62,212 nucleotides of DNA, filler included, from Choristocarpus tenellus KU-1152 (GCA_964200185.2; 9 parts of 9 records of this genome joined end to end with filler, not necessarily neighbours in it), one strand, 5' to 3'; numbered from the whole stretch's first letter, positions 10,851 to 25,029 are shown. A program made the numbers and translations. Notes: generated from the sequence alone by a model not told the origin.

Positions 10851-13256
10851 CTTTTTCCTATAGTGAACTAAGAAGATATGAAATTAATGTCACTACCAGA
10901 TCCTTACATAAAAAAGGCAATATGGGGGATATAGGGGAGGAGTAAACCTGGTTGAAAACCGCACTACCAATGTTGCCCTTGTGACAGATTTGCTCACATG
11001 ACACTTGCATCTCACAGCACTCGTTCTGCATTTGAACTGATGTTCAATTTAGAAAATGTAACAAGAATATTCTAAACACATTGCCTATAGGAAATCTCTC
11101 TCCCAACTTCAAGCACGCAGAACAACTAGAGGTACTGTTCATAAAAATATATATATTTAATAAAATAAAATCTACAAATGTGAACAGTCACATAAACATG
11201 GAAAACAACTTAGTGTCATGGAAAAACCCATCCCTTGAAAATGATGGGGCAGACACAAACATGTAACACTAACTTATAACACAAACATGCGGAAAATATG
11301 AACAAATACTCATCCCTCCAAACACACACATGGACACACCTACAACAAAGACACATGAGCACACAAAGTCACATTGAATTTTGGGTCTATTGTATGATTG
11401 AAGATATTATGTTGACATTGTGATATCATGTTACACTTAGAACATTATGGTATGGTTTCAGAACACTTTAGAACTGTTAGGTAGAGAGCTAAGCCAAAGT
11501 ATTATGTTGCCTCATAACATGATGTTACCATGTATCATTTTTGTGTCAAAGTGTAACACACATTGTATAAAATAGGCTACATACGAGTGCTTTCAACTGT
11601 AGTGATAGTTACTGGATATACCATCTGCCATGTATGTTATGAACTTGAGTGTTACGAGATATAACATAGACACATTTGAACTTAACTGTTACCATTTGTA
11701 TCATGGTGCTCACTTATTCCCTGTCCAAGGTATGAAAAAGTGAATGTCTGCAAAGTAATGTTTCATGCCTGATTCCAAAACCTCAACTTACAAGCAAAGT
11801 CTGGTTGACCAAAAAAGTTTTACCTTTTCTGGTTCCATGTATGTAGTAATATCCATTCAGGGAATAATAAATTGTGGTATGTACTGTATGATCAGAGCAT
11901 GAAACTCACTGAAAACACTTAAAGCTTCCATGGATCACAGTACAAATTCAACATCTTTGCCACTAGATTATCACAAGGAATGGCAAAGCACACAGATGAC
12001 TAACAACAAGTACAACATGATCAGACACTTGAAGGTTTTGAATGAAGCATACCCCTATGTACTTAAAGGCACACGAAGCACGATTCATGTCACCTCACCC
12101 ACTGTTGAATTAATTGGTCCCCAACAGAAAATGTCTTGGTTGGTTCCCCTTTCAATGGATACACCATGTCAATCTACAAAATGTGGCCTAAGCATCATTC
12201 AATACGACCTTTTGGTATCAGGAGAAGGTCCTCACTTGCTCAAATCCATAATCATACATCACACACACAACTTGACCCCCAACCCCCCCACACCTCTGTG
12301 CCCTGCACTATCCAGTGGGCACTTTAACAGTTTACCTCTCACGCAATATTCGTGAAGCCTCCAGCTTTCCAGCCTCATTGAAGAGCATGTACTGATCATT
12401 CCAGGAAGAGAAGGATTGAGAGTTAGGGGGAAATGAATTTAGTGGACAGGCATATCAATGCAATCTATCAAATAACAAGCAAACAGAAGGACAGTACAGT
12501 AGGGATTTGGGAAACCAAGCAATTGTGTAAATTTCACTAATCATGAACAACGATTATAGTATGTTTTGTCAAACCTGGTTCTCATTGCTGGAAAATAAGT
12601 CTTCATCCAGCAGGTGAAAGGATGCAGACACAGATTTGTGCAAATCTTCCATTGGTTGTAACGTGCTTGCTCCTGATGCGGAAGCAACATGTGATGACCT
12701 AGTATTATGTAAAGTGCCCGTTGCCGTAACATTCTGCCAAACATAGAGGGTTCAATAGTGCTATTATTCACTTGCACAAATCTGCATGCCATACACTACA
12801 TTATGAATTTTGGTGGTTGCATGTGCACTGAAAAGGACTCTTGCTCACCTCAAACAACGTAACACTCACGTAACACAACTTAACCGTCTTAGGGTAAGTA
12901 AGAGACAACAAACACTGTCCAGAAACCAAATATTATGTAAGAATGCAAAAGTGACCAGTCAGGTACAGTGCCTATAGTTATGGTTGAAAGTGCGTTACTG
13001 CAAAATGTGAAAAAAATATGTCACATATGATGTGCTACACACAGAAACAACTTAAAGCAATCATACCAGAGTTTAACGTGAAATCCTAACAACAACAGCA
13101 GAATCACAGGCTTCTTTAAGTCCTCTGGAGTATGCATGATTGTCCGGTGCAGATTCTCTTTCCCGAAATTACAGTTAAATACACTTGGCAAGACCTGATA
13201 ATGCTTGTCTTTTCTACTACTTACCCTGTTCAGCATTACATTAGTTTAAAAAAGCT

Positions 13257-13509
13257 GTAGCAAAGTAAGCGAGACGTACCCAGGTTGTGACTGTTTTGCA
13301 TTTTAAACCAGTTTTCAATCTTTCTAATTCATCTGTATTCTATATATTACATGACAACTTTGACATGAGGACATTGATTTCTCTGTTTGAAAAATTTCAA
13401 ATAATTTCAGGCAAGTTCTTACATGCATTTGTAAAAAAAGTCAAATTTTGAACATGTTTGTCTGCATCCTCAAAATGCAACTCAGGGTACCTCTGGTTTA
13501 CTTTGTCTC
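13257..13509. mobile_element. MITE family C
   Basis: TIRs GTAGCAAAGTAAGCGAGACGTACCC / GGGTACCTCTGGTTTACTTTGTCTC, flanked by AGCT on both sides. A second copy lies at 52100-52466. Confidence 0.7.
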
Positions 13510-14717
13510 AGCTTGCAAGGTGATTTGCTTCTGCAAAACAATAAATTGTGCATGTCTTGTAGACTAGTTGAATTTGCTGAGATTTAGGGTAGCCTCATTA
13601 AGGTTTTTTTCAAGATCCTCATCACAAATAACAAAAACATGATACCATCTTGTCCATTTATATAGCCTGCCCCACAAAAGCTCTAACTAATGCTGAGCAG
13701 AGAATGTAGAATATTATGAAACATAAAGAGCCATCTCCACAACCGTGCCTTAGCAAAAATTCTCACAGCAATAAAGGATAATCTGCATCCAAATGTTCTG
13801 GTTGGAACAGTAACAAAAGTGCAGTTCAATTCACCTTTAATAAAAGACCATTTCTGTACATGCCTTGGTATATACCTAGATATAATATATCATCCCTACC
13901 AATAGTTTGAACCTTCAAGTAAAAACCCACAAAGTATGAATACAATCAATATTAATCCTCTCTCCAAACAAATTTGTGTTGGATTTCCCGTATCCCCGTA
14001 CAAGTACCTTCACATGTCTGGTCAGTAACATGTTAATGTTACATCTGGGGTAAATCCAGAAACTTGAAAACAGGCTTCTAACTGTGGATCAAAGATGGAG
14101 AAATCCCCTCATTTTGTGGTCAGCCTGGGTTCAAAACTCTGAATTTTAAATTTTTTGTCCAAGGTCTGTTTGGGATTAGAGTAGGAAGGTCAACTTCTCA
14201 CTGTACACTTTGTACACTCCTGAGAGGAAATTTTCTTTTTCAGAAAATATGTACGAAAGATCTGCTCTGCCTAACCACTCCAAAAGAGAGTTTTGCTTGT
14301 TACTCAACATGCTATACAGCAGATCCTCCAGTTTGATTACATAATTCCAAGATTGACAATGGTGTGCACCCACAAGTACACAATTAAAAGCAGTAAAAGA
14401 AGTTTCTCCCATTTTTGTATCCATAACCCTTTGGACTTAAATACATCTACATTCGCATTGAAATTATTTCCAAAGTTTCAACATTTCCTCATACACAGGT
14501 GACACACTACACCTCTAGTCTTAGTCTATTACACAAACAAATACGTGGACACTTGCTGTGGTTGTTGGACAAAGGGATCCGTTCCCATGTATACAGGTGG
14601 GGGCAGGTGGGACTGAATACTCCAAAGAACCTTGAAGCACTTGTGTGAGAGAAGTTAGTTTCAACCCAGCTACGATAAAAACATAGACACCTTCTCTCGC
14701 TCATCCCTAGCATATAC

Positions 14718-16668
14718 CTGGTCATAGAAGGAGTAATACATGTCTAAGCTGTCCTCACTAGTGAGAGTACTGCTCATGTCAGCCAAAGTTTCTGTGTCAA
14801 TCATGGCTTCAAGTCGTGCTTGCTCCTGCATTTCCTGGTTGATGGACAAGAAAATTGACTAGCAGTTACAGTTACTAATGTCTTAGAGCAAAATTAAGAG
14901 GGTCAGTATGAAGATAGATTGCAATCCCTCTCGTGTGAAATGAAGATGAGCAAAACATGCTACAGTAGTACAATACAGTATGGTATAAGATATACAATAT
15001 ATAGATGTTATGTTGGAGAAATGTCCATGTTATGCGTGGCTCTGGTCCTGGTGAATCTACTCATGAGAGCCCTGCACTACTTTTGAAAGTGGATATCTCA
15101 AGTTCAAAGTCCATGAACATGTATGTAACCAAGGCAGCCTAACCTGCCTCAATACAGGTGGAAAGTAAATATTTCGTAGGTCCTCTAGATTTGAGATAAA
15201 AGATGTACAATGGGAAATAGAGATGTTCACAACATACCATTCATTGAAGGACAGCACACTACAAACTTGATCCCTCTTGACAAATAATCGCATTCTTCAA
15301 TCTGTGATGAGATATAGAATGCCTTCTAATGGTGGTACTTTCCATCTGATAAAACGTCATGTCCATGGCGACTTTGGGATGGACTCATGCCAACTTTTAT
15401 CTTCAACAACTCTGCAGTTAATATGTCACACTTTCTAGAGGGTAAGCCACTTCTCATTCCAAATCACATTCCATTATGTACTTTGCAACACTATGAGGAG
15501 AAAATCATGACCATACCAGTGCTTGTCAAACAGATCTCCATGTCCCCAGCATCTGCTAGTTAGTACACTTCAGGTATAGACAAAGGCAAGCAAAATAATG
15601 TTTCACAACAAAGAAAGTCTGGGTCATGAAGGAGTCATAATCTTACAACAGCCTAGCGGAAAAATCAGTCACCTGATCTAGCAGCCTGCGGATCTCCTCT
15701 CTGACGCCTTCCACATCAATGCCTGCATCCTGCAAGCTCTGAGTCAACGTCTCCCGCTTCTGTCCCATGTCCAACCCATGCTGCTTGGCCCACCTCAGTT
15801 GCTGAAGGTGCTCAACCACAGCTGCTGCTACCTGTCGAGCAGACTTATCCTACATTGATTGTAAAACATAGCATGAGGGTGTGAATTATTTCTCACAGTA
15901 GGTGTGATGGGCAAACACTTCACCTTCGCAACACAATAGATACCCAACCATGAATGCTACACCATACCCTTCTCACTCTATCACAGTCAGATTCCAATAG
16001 TACCTTCTTCAGTCCCTGGTATGGACCAAATGTTAAAGTGGCTGTGCAGCAGTGCTCCTCAGCCAACCTCTGCAAAGCAAGGGCTGCCTCAGCAGTATCT
16101 GTCTTCAGTGTGAAGTCTTCAAGGTAGGCAGAGAGCTCCTTTTGACTCACCTTGTAAAAAAAATAACCAGTATTTGGAAGAGGGCAAGGGGAATACCTAT
16201 TGGTTCAACAACCATCCACTGCATACCTTGCGAAAGGTAGCATTCACTGCAAATTTCCAAAAATTCATGGGCAAATGCAGATGACAACTACAAGAACCAT
16301 TGATTGATGCGCTCACCTCATCAGTCTTGGATTGGAGTAGTTGTGGGTTCCCTGCAGTGGCAGCATACGCAGCTACCTCATGGCCTGGCTCTACCTCGAC
16401 AGCTGATCCAATGAACACCTGATTTTAATTTATTTTCGAGGTTGCTTCGATTTGATTTGATTTGATCTTTATACTGCAGATCCTGCTCAGCACACTACCA
16501 TTTAATTGTGCTGGAAGAAGCTTACTAATGTAATGTACATGGTAATTACCAAAGATGATCTCCAGCATTTAGTACACCTTTTCCAAGTTCATGCTGTACC
16601 TCAGCAACCCTTACCTTATTCAATAGTAACATCACCTTCTGCTGTTGGCATATTCTTGCACAGCATGC
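14718..16668 (-). CDS. Unknown multi-exon protein (internal exons only)
   Basis: Phase-0 AG/GT-bounded open exons 16668-16615, 16418-16317 (VFIGSAVEVEPG...), 16150-16004, 15849-15673 (DKSARQVAAAVVEHLQQLRWAK...) and 14834-14718. Start and end not resolved. Confidence 0.65.
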
Positions 16669-17308
16669 CTACTGTAAAGAGGGGTCTAGAGTGATGATGC
16701 AGCCAAGAAAGCATGGTATCAGTGCAATATTACCAACTACTTGCAAATATGCTTGCACTGCAAATCAATATATCTATAATGATATTTGATACTATGTGTA
16801 CTCAATTCTTGTATCAAGAATTTAAGATACCATTACCAATAATAAATACTTGGATACAATTCAAAGCATTAGTATTTGAAGTGTAAACCGAATAACCCTA
16901 ACAAGTATTTCAAGTGCTAGGAATAGAAACTGAAGATAATCTTGAGCTAATTGATCATGTCCTATGCTTCTTCTGCCACATACCACACCAGATACGTTCT
17001 TGGCAATACTCTCACATTTCCAACTCAAAATTTAACATAGACTGACCTAGCAGATCCAAAATATTCTTGCCTTTTTCATGTCAGAATCACTCCAATAAAC
17101 TGATGACTGATAAAAAAAAATGTATCAACTAAATGTCATTAACCAAATGTCATAAATATGGTTGGGACCGCAAGTCCATAAACTACAGGGAATTTCTTGA
17201 CCACCTGACACAATCACTTTTAATCTTACACTGGAGTCAAGGGATCTAGAGCATCAGCCCCTAATTCAAGGAATGATGTGATACCTCAATGATAGCAATC
17301 AAATAACC

Positions 17309-17650
17309 CAGGTCTTTTCACCAGACCGGCAAATTAAAATGGTCCTGTCCACTGCCCAGACTGGTCCAACACAACTATTTTACATGTCCCAGTCCATGTC
17401 CAACAGGTGTCGAACCGATCCACATCCGCCGGGCAGACCAGGTCTGGCATTTTGTAACATGTCTGGATCACATCCGGTGTAGAATTGTACCGGACATGTC
17501 CACATCCAACAACCAAATCGGGTCTGACATTTTCTAACATGTCCAGAGCATCTCCGTTGGGTAAAATTGTTCCAGTCTGTGTCCACCAGCCTGTCACTCC
17601 AACTTTTTTCTGCATGTCTGGACCATGTCCATTATGTGTTGTACTAGTCC
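17309..17650. repeat. GTCC/GGAC-motif-rich repeat, possibly a DNA transposon end
   Basis: Starts CAGGTCTTTTCA, with dense GTCCA/TGGAC/CCGG motifs in both orientations. Confidence 0.35.
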
Positions 17651-19209
17651 AACAATGAAAAATGTACATGTTGAAGTTGAAGTTATACTCCGCTTTGTCC
17701 ATATAGATTGTACTCTTTCAAATCTATGAACTTTGTTGGTTCAAAATCATGAACACATAGTGAGATTAAAAGGAGGTATATAGATGATGGGTGGAATTTT
17801 TTTAATTTATACATTTAGTGTTTTGGAATTTGACACTTGACAAATGAGTGTCAAAAACATTGTACAGAGTCAAAGTACATCTTGAAGCAACCAATCACCT
17901 CAGTCATCGTAATACTAAACATACAATGATGTACTTGTATTCAATTTTTAATTTAATGGTCTCAAAGTAGGTAAAATAGAAAACAATACAGATATGTGAT
18001 TATGTGCTTCATTCCTTCACTCTGGAACTGTTATGGTACTACCACTAATATTCTTTATCAACAAAACCCTACACATGCTAAAAACTAGATAAATCAAACA
18101 TAAATTAAGTAGTATACAGATATATATATATATTAGAGTGAAGAAAAAATGTGTACTTTATATATATATATGGCCATTTGATTTTGTAAATGGCAACGAC
18201 AGTCAGGATATTTTCAAAATTTAGTCATCGCCATGGGCAAAAAAAGCACCAAGTTAAACCTAGGTTTCATGCGATACATATAAAGTTGTGGATTTTGATT
18301 ACATCCATGAGGGTGAAGAAATGATAGTACAGGGAACATGCCACCGAAGAAAAGGTTGTAGAGGACATTTTTACAGCAAGCTCTGGTATCCAAACCAGTA
18401 GCTAGCCCAAGAAAATATTTTCAGTACAGTTAAGCCTGTAGTAGTTTTTATTTGACACAATGGTATGTTCTGGTCTGTGGTTAGAGTTCTGTTTTTGACA
18501 GAATGGATACAGCTATACTTATTTCAGTCATGGTCAACAATGATAACAATATGACCCTTCCATGGTTGGTTACATCGATGATGGGGACTCTATGGACAAA
18601 CTGGGCAAAAAACTCCCCCCTCTAGGATAGTAGTACCCTGTAGTTATATATATATATATGATACCCTATAGTCAAGATGAAAACGCATTTATCATATGTT
18701 ACGTATGGGTAACACTCCACTCCAGAAGAGACTCGTGTATCTAATGTATGTCTTCTAACACATTGTTTGGGAGTAGATGTGAAGTCCATAAATTTTAGGT
18801 ATTGATAGGATGACCATTGTGCTACAAAAGTGTTAGGTTGTCCACAAGATACAAATACAAATACTTCACAACATATACAAAAATAAAAACTGTTCATATG
18901 TAAAGGAGAGTCAATTCAATGCGTAAACAGAAGGGAACATAGTAAAGTGGGCCGCCAACAAATTTGCCAACCCTGGACTTCCATACTAAGTAAGATATCA
19001 GAGACTGGTGGAGTGGAATAACATTTTACATTTTTACCCAAAAAAGTTCGAAGAATTCCACTTGTACCTTCAACAGTTTCATTCTGAGTCATACCATGCC
19101 ATTATTTCTTCCTCCATTCGGAATTAAATGTAACATATCTTTTGCAGCCCCCATGAAGAAGCAATATTTCGTTTCACATGTTCATATTTTATGGTTGTAC
19201 TGTGCAGAC

Positions 19210-19309
19210 NNNNNNNNNNNNNNNNNNNNNNNNNNNNNNNNNNNNNNNNNNNNTTAATTAATTAANNNNNNNNNNNNNNNNNNNNNNNNNNNNNNNNNNN
19301 NNNNNNNNN
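19210..19309. other. Artificial contig linker (also 23248-23347, 28491-28590, 33553-33652, 37373-37472, 52000-52099, 54724-54823, 57687-57786)
   Basis: Eight identical 44N+TTAATTAATTAA+44N blocks with stops in all six frames. Confidence 0.98.
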
Positions 19310-19514
19310 GACAAATGATAGAGAAAAAAAAAAAGAATGATAGGGGGAGAGGGGGGGAAGAGGTGGAGGGGGGGGGGGGGGGGGGGGGGGGAGGAGGTCG
19401 AGTTTTTCCCCTTGAGTTGGAAGGCTTAAAAAAAAAAGATTTTGTGCAATGGGTAGTATGCCCATGCCTGAAATGTGGAAAATGATACTCTTTATCTTTG
19501 AAGGGCATGGATGA

Positions 19515-19710
19515 AATGGATGAGATTAGTATTGAATACATATCATTACCATTATCACAAGAGGGTATAGATCTAGAAAAATTAGTATTGAATACATTGT
19601 CTTTTTACATAGAGTGCATAGATGTGAAAGATAAGATTAGTATTGAATACACTGTCTTTTTACACAGAGAGTGCATAGATGTGAAAGATAAGATGAGTAT
19701 TGAATACATT
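19515..19710. repeat. Minisatellite with GAT(G/A)AGATTAGTATTGAATACA core, ~4 copies
   Basis: Core repeated roughly every 55-60 bp; same family as 20590-20925. Confidence 0.85.
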
Positions 19711-19959
19711 GAATTATTGCAACTTTTTGATCATGTTAACATTTTCAACCCAATTTTTCTAAAGAGGCTGCCTGGTGCTCACTCTCTTTGTTTTATCAAA
19801 CGGATGGTCACGTCACGTAATACATCCCGATTTCATCCCGATATCATCCCGTGATAATTTGAAGATGGTACTCAAAAGAGTATACCATTTCACACTTATA
19901 TTTTTTTTATCTGTAGGACAAAACAAAACACTCTCCTATTTGTTGGGACATGAGATGAG

Positions 19960-20510
19960 GACGACAAAAAAGGTATATACAATCAAAAATTAAAATTGAC
20001 AAGAAAAGGTAGATGTCATCAGGGAATTAAAACGGACGAAACAATCAACACAGCAATGACAAAAAAAGGTATATACAATCAAAAATTAAAATTGACAAGA
20101 AAAGGTAGATGTCATCAGGGAATTAAAACGGACGAAACAATCAACACAGCAATGACAAAAAAAGGTATATACAATTGAACTATCAAAACTGTCAAACAAC
20201 CAAACGTAAATAAAGAAATGGTACACAACATCAGAGAGTCAAAACTGACAAAATGACCAAAAAAGACATACGCAATTGAACAATCAAATTGACAAGAAAA
20301 GGTACATATTATCAATCAAAATGGACAAAATGACTGACACAGCGATGACAAAAAAGGGTATATACCACCTATCAAAAATGACAAACCAAACATTGACCAA
20401 AAAAGGTATAATCATCAGCAATCAAAATTGACAAGAAAAGGTACATATTATCAGAGAATCGAAACTGCCAAAATGAAAGACACTTCAACGACTAAAAAGG
20501 GTATACAATT
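19960..20510. repeat. ~95-bp tandem repeat built from TGACAA(A/G)AAAAGGTA subunits
   Basis: Two near-identical units from ~19963 and ~20058, followed by decaying copies. Confidence 0.85.
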
Positions 20511-20589
20511 ACACACACACACATCAGAACCTTCTTCACTCCCCTGCATGCAACACACACACACATACATCTTTCAATCACCCAAGGGT

Positions 20590-20925
20590 ATGTAGAAGAT
20601 GAGATTAGTATTGAATACATCACTACCATGGGAGGGTATGGACATAAAAGATGAGATTAGTGTTGAATACATCATTACCATAGGAGGGTGTAGATGTAAA
20701 AGATGAGATTAGTATTGAATACATCATTACCATAGGAGGGTGTAGATGTAAAAGATGAGATTAGTATTGAATACATCATTACCATAGGAGGGTATGTATG
20801 CAGAAGATGAGATCAGTGTTGAATACATCATCATTATCTTAAAGGGACTCAATCTTGAAGTTAAGATTAGTATTGAATTTTTTTTTAGTTGAGAGGGTCT
20901 GAATGTACAAAGATTAGTATTGAAC
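20590..20925. repeat. 52-bp tandem repeat, ~6-7 copies
   Basis: AGATGAGATTAGTATTGAATACATCATTACCATAGGAGGGTGTAGATGTAAA at 20701, repeating from 20753; flanked by (CA)n runs. Confidence 0.9.
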
Positions 20926-23775
20926 ACACACACACACACACACAAACCTTCCGATCACTCCCAAACTGACCCGTGAAGGCCCTGCTAAGTACACATTCCA
21001 TGGCCCAGACCAGCCTCTCCTTTGAGATAGTGCGAGCAGCCCCACTAGCACACTTATTCACCATATCCTGTTCCGGGTTTTCAACGATGGAATGTAGTGT
21101 TAAGAAATAAAAAAAATCGCCGATTGATGGCGCTTGTGCTCGAGAGGGCGTGTGCTAATTAAAAAAAAAAGTAAAAATATGACAAACAATTATCTATTTT
21201 TTTTTAAATAGTAAAAACATGACAAACAATAATACAATAAAAAAATGTAGTAAAAATAAGAAAAACAATAATCTAATAAAAATATGACAAACAATAACAT
21301 AATAAAAATAATTTAGTAAAAATATGACGAACAGTAACAAATATAAAATGGAAATAATGATAATACTATTTTAGCAGTAACAACAATAAAAGTAAAATAA
21401 TAACAATCACCATAATGAACATGTTAGCGATAGTAAGAGTAGTAATAATAGTAATAAAATATAAAATGAGTAAAATATTAATAATACTCTGCCGTGCTGG
21501 TCCACCTGTCAGGTGCAAATATGATGGAGAGTGCAAAGGGATAACATATGAGCAGGGGATATGTTCCATTCTATAGACTGAAATCAGTGATACATTTGTG
21601 GGGAGGTAGACAGGTCCAAATTTTGCTCTTGTCAGTGACAGTACAATATCTACCTCTATTAACACAACTACGGATCAAACAGAAATAAAAATATGACAAT
21701 AGTAACAATGATAATATCAATAACAAAATAATATTAATATTAATATTAACAACACTAGCAATAATAACCCTACATTTTCGTGCTACTGAGAGTAGGAGTT
21801 GGGGAAATAGGACAATGAAATAACCAAGAGCACTCCACTTTTTTCCTTATAACACTTTTCCAGAATAATTTAAAACCAATCGTATCGTGTGCTTACAGAC
21901 ACATTGGTCATAGAATGCCTTCAGGCCGACTTCGATGCTGCTCTCAACAGAAACAGATAGAACAACAAAATCTTCAATACAGAATACCTTTTTTACATTT
22001 AAACGATCAAGAGAATACTTTCTTTTTTTAACACAAATCCAATAAGAAAAAAAAAGAACTTAAAAAAAAATGTTAAAAATAATCTTCCTCGTAAAAAAAA
22101 GAACAAGGACCACACACGTGTACACTAATAATGAAAAACATCAAAAAAAACTTTCATTAAAAAATTTCAAATTTTCCGATAAAAAACATAAAATTGTGAA
22201 AAAATTTCCCCAACAAAAAAAAAAAGAACGAGAACCACATGCATACACAACGATGAACAAAACATAAATATGTGGAAAAATCTTCTGATAAAAAATTGAA
22301 AAAATTAAAAAAAATCTTCTGGATCAAAATATAAAATTGGTAAAAAAAATCCCCAATAAAAAAAAAGAACCATACGCATACGACAATGATGAACAGAAAC
22401 ATTAATATGTGAAAAAAAACTTTCACACAATTTCTTTTTGTAAAAGGTGTGGAGGGAGGCAAAGACTGACTGCACTTCCTTGAAGAACAACACGACATTT
22501 TTATCAAAAATAAATATATGTATATATATGTTTTATTTCTCTTTGATGGCGATTTAAAAATTGTTATTCTTTTTTTCTTATGATTCTTTTTTATGTATTG
22601 TTTCGGTTCTTGTGTTTTCTTATACACTACATGTTATTTTTTCCTCCTCTCTTAACGAACAATTATTTTTTGTCCACGGATCTGGGACCCCCTAACCCCA
22701 ACCCAATAAAAAAAAATAAAACAAAAAAGAAAGTATCCTAAACAAACAACATGCCATACACACACACACACACAAACACACACACAAGGTTGAAGGTTAG
22801 GGTTACATTTTTTTTTATCCCAGTAGGGGGGAGGAGTTGCAATTTGCATACATACACCCTCCGTATTTTTCTTCCTTAAAACCTATTTATTTTTATTTTT
22901 TAAGAATTTTTAAACGAGCCTACCTCATACCTCATAGACCTTGTCCCAAGCATCGCGTTGTCTTTTGACTGAATTCTCACACGGGGGATACTTCAACATT
23001 GCCAGCTCCTGAGTGCCAACATGCACAGGTGAGTAAAGGTTGCAGCCGGGCAAGGGCAAGGACAAGGGCAAGGGCAAAAGGGAAAAAGGGCAAGGGGGTG
23101 GTGGGAGTGGGCATGGACGGTCACAGCTACTTTTTTTAAATAAATTCTTTTGACATTTTTGATTTTTTTTTTTGCAAATTAAAATTCTACTGTGTGTTTT
23201 TGATGGGGCTGGATGCGTTACGGATCCATTTGTCGATGAGGCGGAAGNNNNNNNNNNNNNNNNNNNNNNNNNNNNNNNNNNNNNNNNNNNNTTAATTAAT
23301 TAANNNNNNNNNNNNNNNNNNNNNNNNNNNNNNNNNNNNNNNNNNNNAAAAAGGTTTTCTGGGGGTGGGGGGGAGCGAACGCGGTCCCTTCCCCCCCAAA
23401 ATAGAACCCCGCGAGGAGCCCCCCCCCCCCCCCCCCCCACAGATACTTTCGCAAAATGCAGGAAAGAGCGAATGAGATATGAGAGCATAACAACATACAC
23501 AAGGAAAGTGAGTGTGTGATCAAAGCAGGATCTACTCGACTGAACTCGGAACACCATGGCGCTCGAGAAAACCACTCCAGCATTCCCATTCATGGCCATA
23601 AGGTAATCCCTGCACGAGGAGAATTGCATTGGAGCTACGGTTAAGAGGGTAGACTTCCCCAAAGCCTTGAGTCATAATATACTTCAACTGGTCTTACAAC
23701 AGGCACAAGGTTGATGAGTAATGACCCAAGCCAACGTTTTCAGCTACCAACGTTAGAGCTGATTGAGGCCATAAA

Positions 23776-24034
23776 CTGCCAAAGTATCTTAGAGGGTAGG
23801 GCCGCGTCCATTTGGGGACAAGAATCCAATATTGCGATTTTGATATAATTTTGGCTACCGTGTTTGTTAGGAAGTGTCAGCATCCTTGTTCCGGACACAC
23901 CTTTTCATAACGTATACATTTGTCCTACTCCGAAACATTTTGAAGTGGAAACATGCCATAAAAAACCCCACCGGAAGTCAAGCTCCAAATGGACAAACAT
24001 GACAAAACTCGTACCCTCTAAGATACTTCCACTC
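23776..24034 (+). mobile_element. MITE family A
   Basis: TIR (GAG)CCAAAGTATCTTAGAGGGTA / TACCCTCTAAGATACTTCCACTC; TAAA on both flanks. Confidence 0.9.
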
Positions 24035-25029
24035 TAAAAGCTGTTTGGTTCCACAAAATATTTCGCCGTTAATGAGAGACCAATATCACTCTTTTTCCAG
24101 AGTTTTACACTTTTTTCAATAAAATAATATTATCACAAGCGACAAAACTTGTTTGATGTGTCGACGATTTTACCAATGGTCCTGTAAACTTATTCTTGAA
24201 CACTTCCGTCATTTCTCATTGACACCTTCAACGCCCTGATATGCTCACCAGGCCACATGAAAGGGTGTGTGATTTGATAGCCATCTTCACACCTCGGTAG
24301 CGACTCTTTTCAAACGAATTAGCAGCCCTGTCCCCCATTCGCCCTAACAAAGGTGATTATTACATCTATCCTTCCTGGATAGAAGGGCAGGAGGCAAAAT
24401 TAAAAATACTAAGTAGCAGTATCAGCTGCAAGTATTCACTGCATGATGCCCAGCAAGCTGAATGATTCGAAAAGCTTGGGTTTGTTTCCATAAATTCAGC
24501 CAAGTGTGTTACAGACGAATAGCTTTCATCCCCACCTCGATAATATTCGCCATGACACTGACCATTGTACTAGTCAAGTATCAATATATGCCCTGCCATG
24601 TCACCCACATAGAGTCCACTCGAGAATGCTTGCCCAGGTACTCCTTGACACAGGTGCAGGTTTCATCTTTTTTTTGTGAAAATTGCTTACCACAGCTCAA
24701 CATGGCAGGCAAAGATACCTTAAATGCAGCAAACCTCAAAGGGTGCAATATTCTACCTGTGCTCGTACTGAGGTTATGCAAAATTCTAATAGCGTTTTCC
24801 CCAGAGGAAAAGTACGCAATACGGCTTTTAGGATAATGGTGGGGCTGCCATACGAAATTATTTTTAGGTACAACATTTTGTAGACAACACTAGAGTGAAC
24901 TGTCATATAGAGAAGGCCAATGCTCCCAACCATCACCACTGCCACCATGGGTACCTTTTGTCAACATTCCAACACCTAGATCGAGCAGTAACAATGTACC
25001 CTTGTCAGACCTCAGCAAATTGCATTGTG

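Noticed and set aside
19210-19309. Recurrent palindrome TTAATTAATTAA flanked by Ns
   Set aside because: Assembly concatenation linker. ORFs containing X runs and any cross-linker gene neighbourhood are artefacts.
20590-20925. CRISPR-like conserved ~23-bp core with intervening sequence
   Set aside because: The intervening segments resemble each other, there are no cas genes and the context is eukaryotic. It is a minisatellite.
21180-22860. Hydrophobic or Lys-rich ORFs (also 25686-26005)
   Set aside because: Products of A/T-rich low-complexity sequence.
21897-23010. Two possible short minus-strand exons (ELAMLKYPPCE...; SIEVGLKAFYDQC)
   Set aside because: Splice phases do not join directly and there is no family signal.
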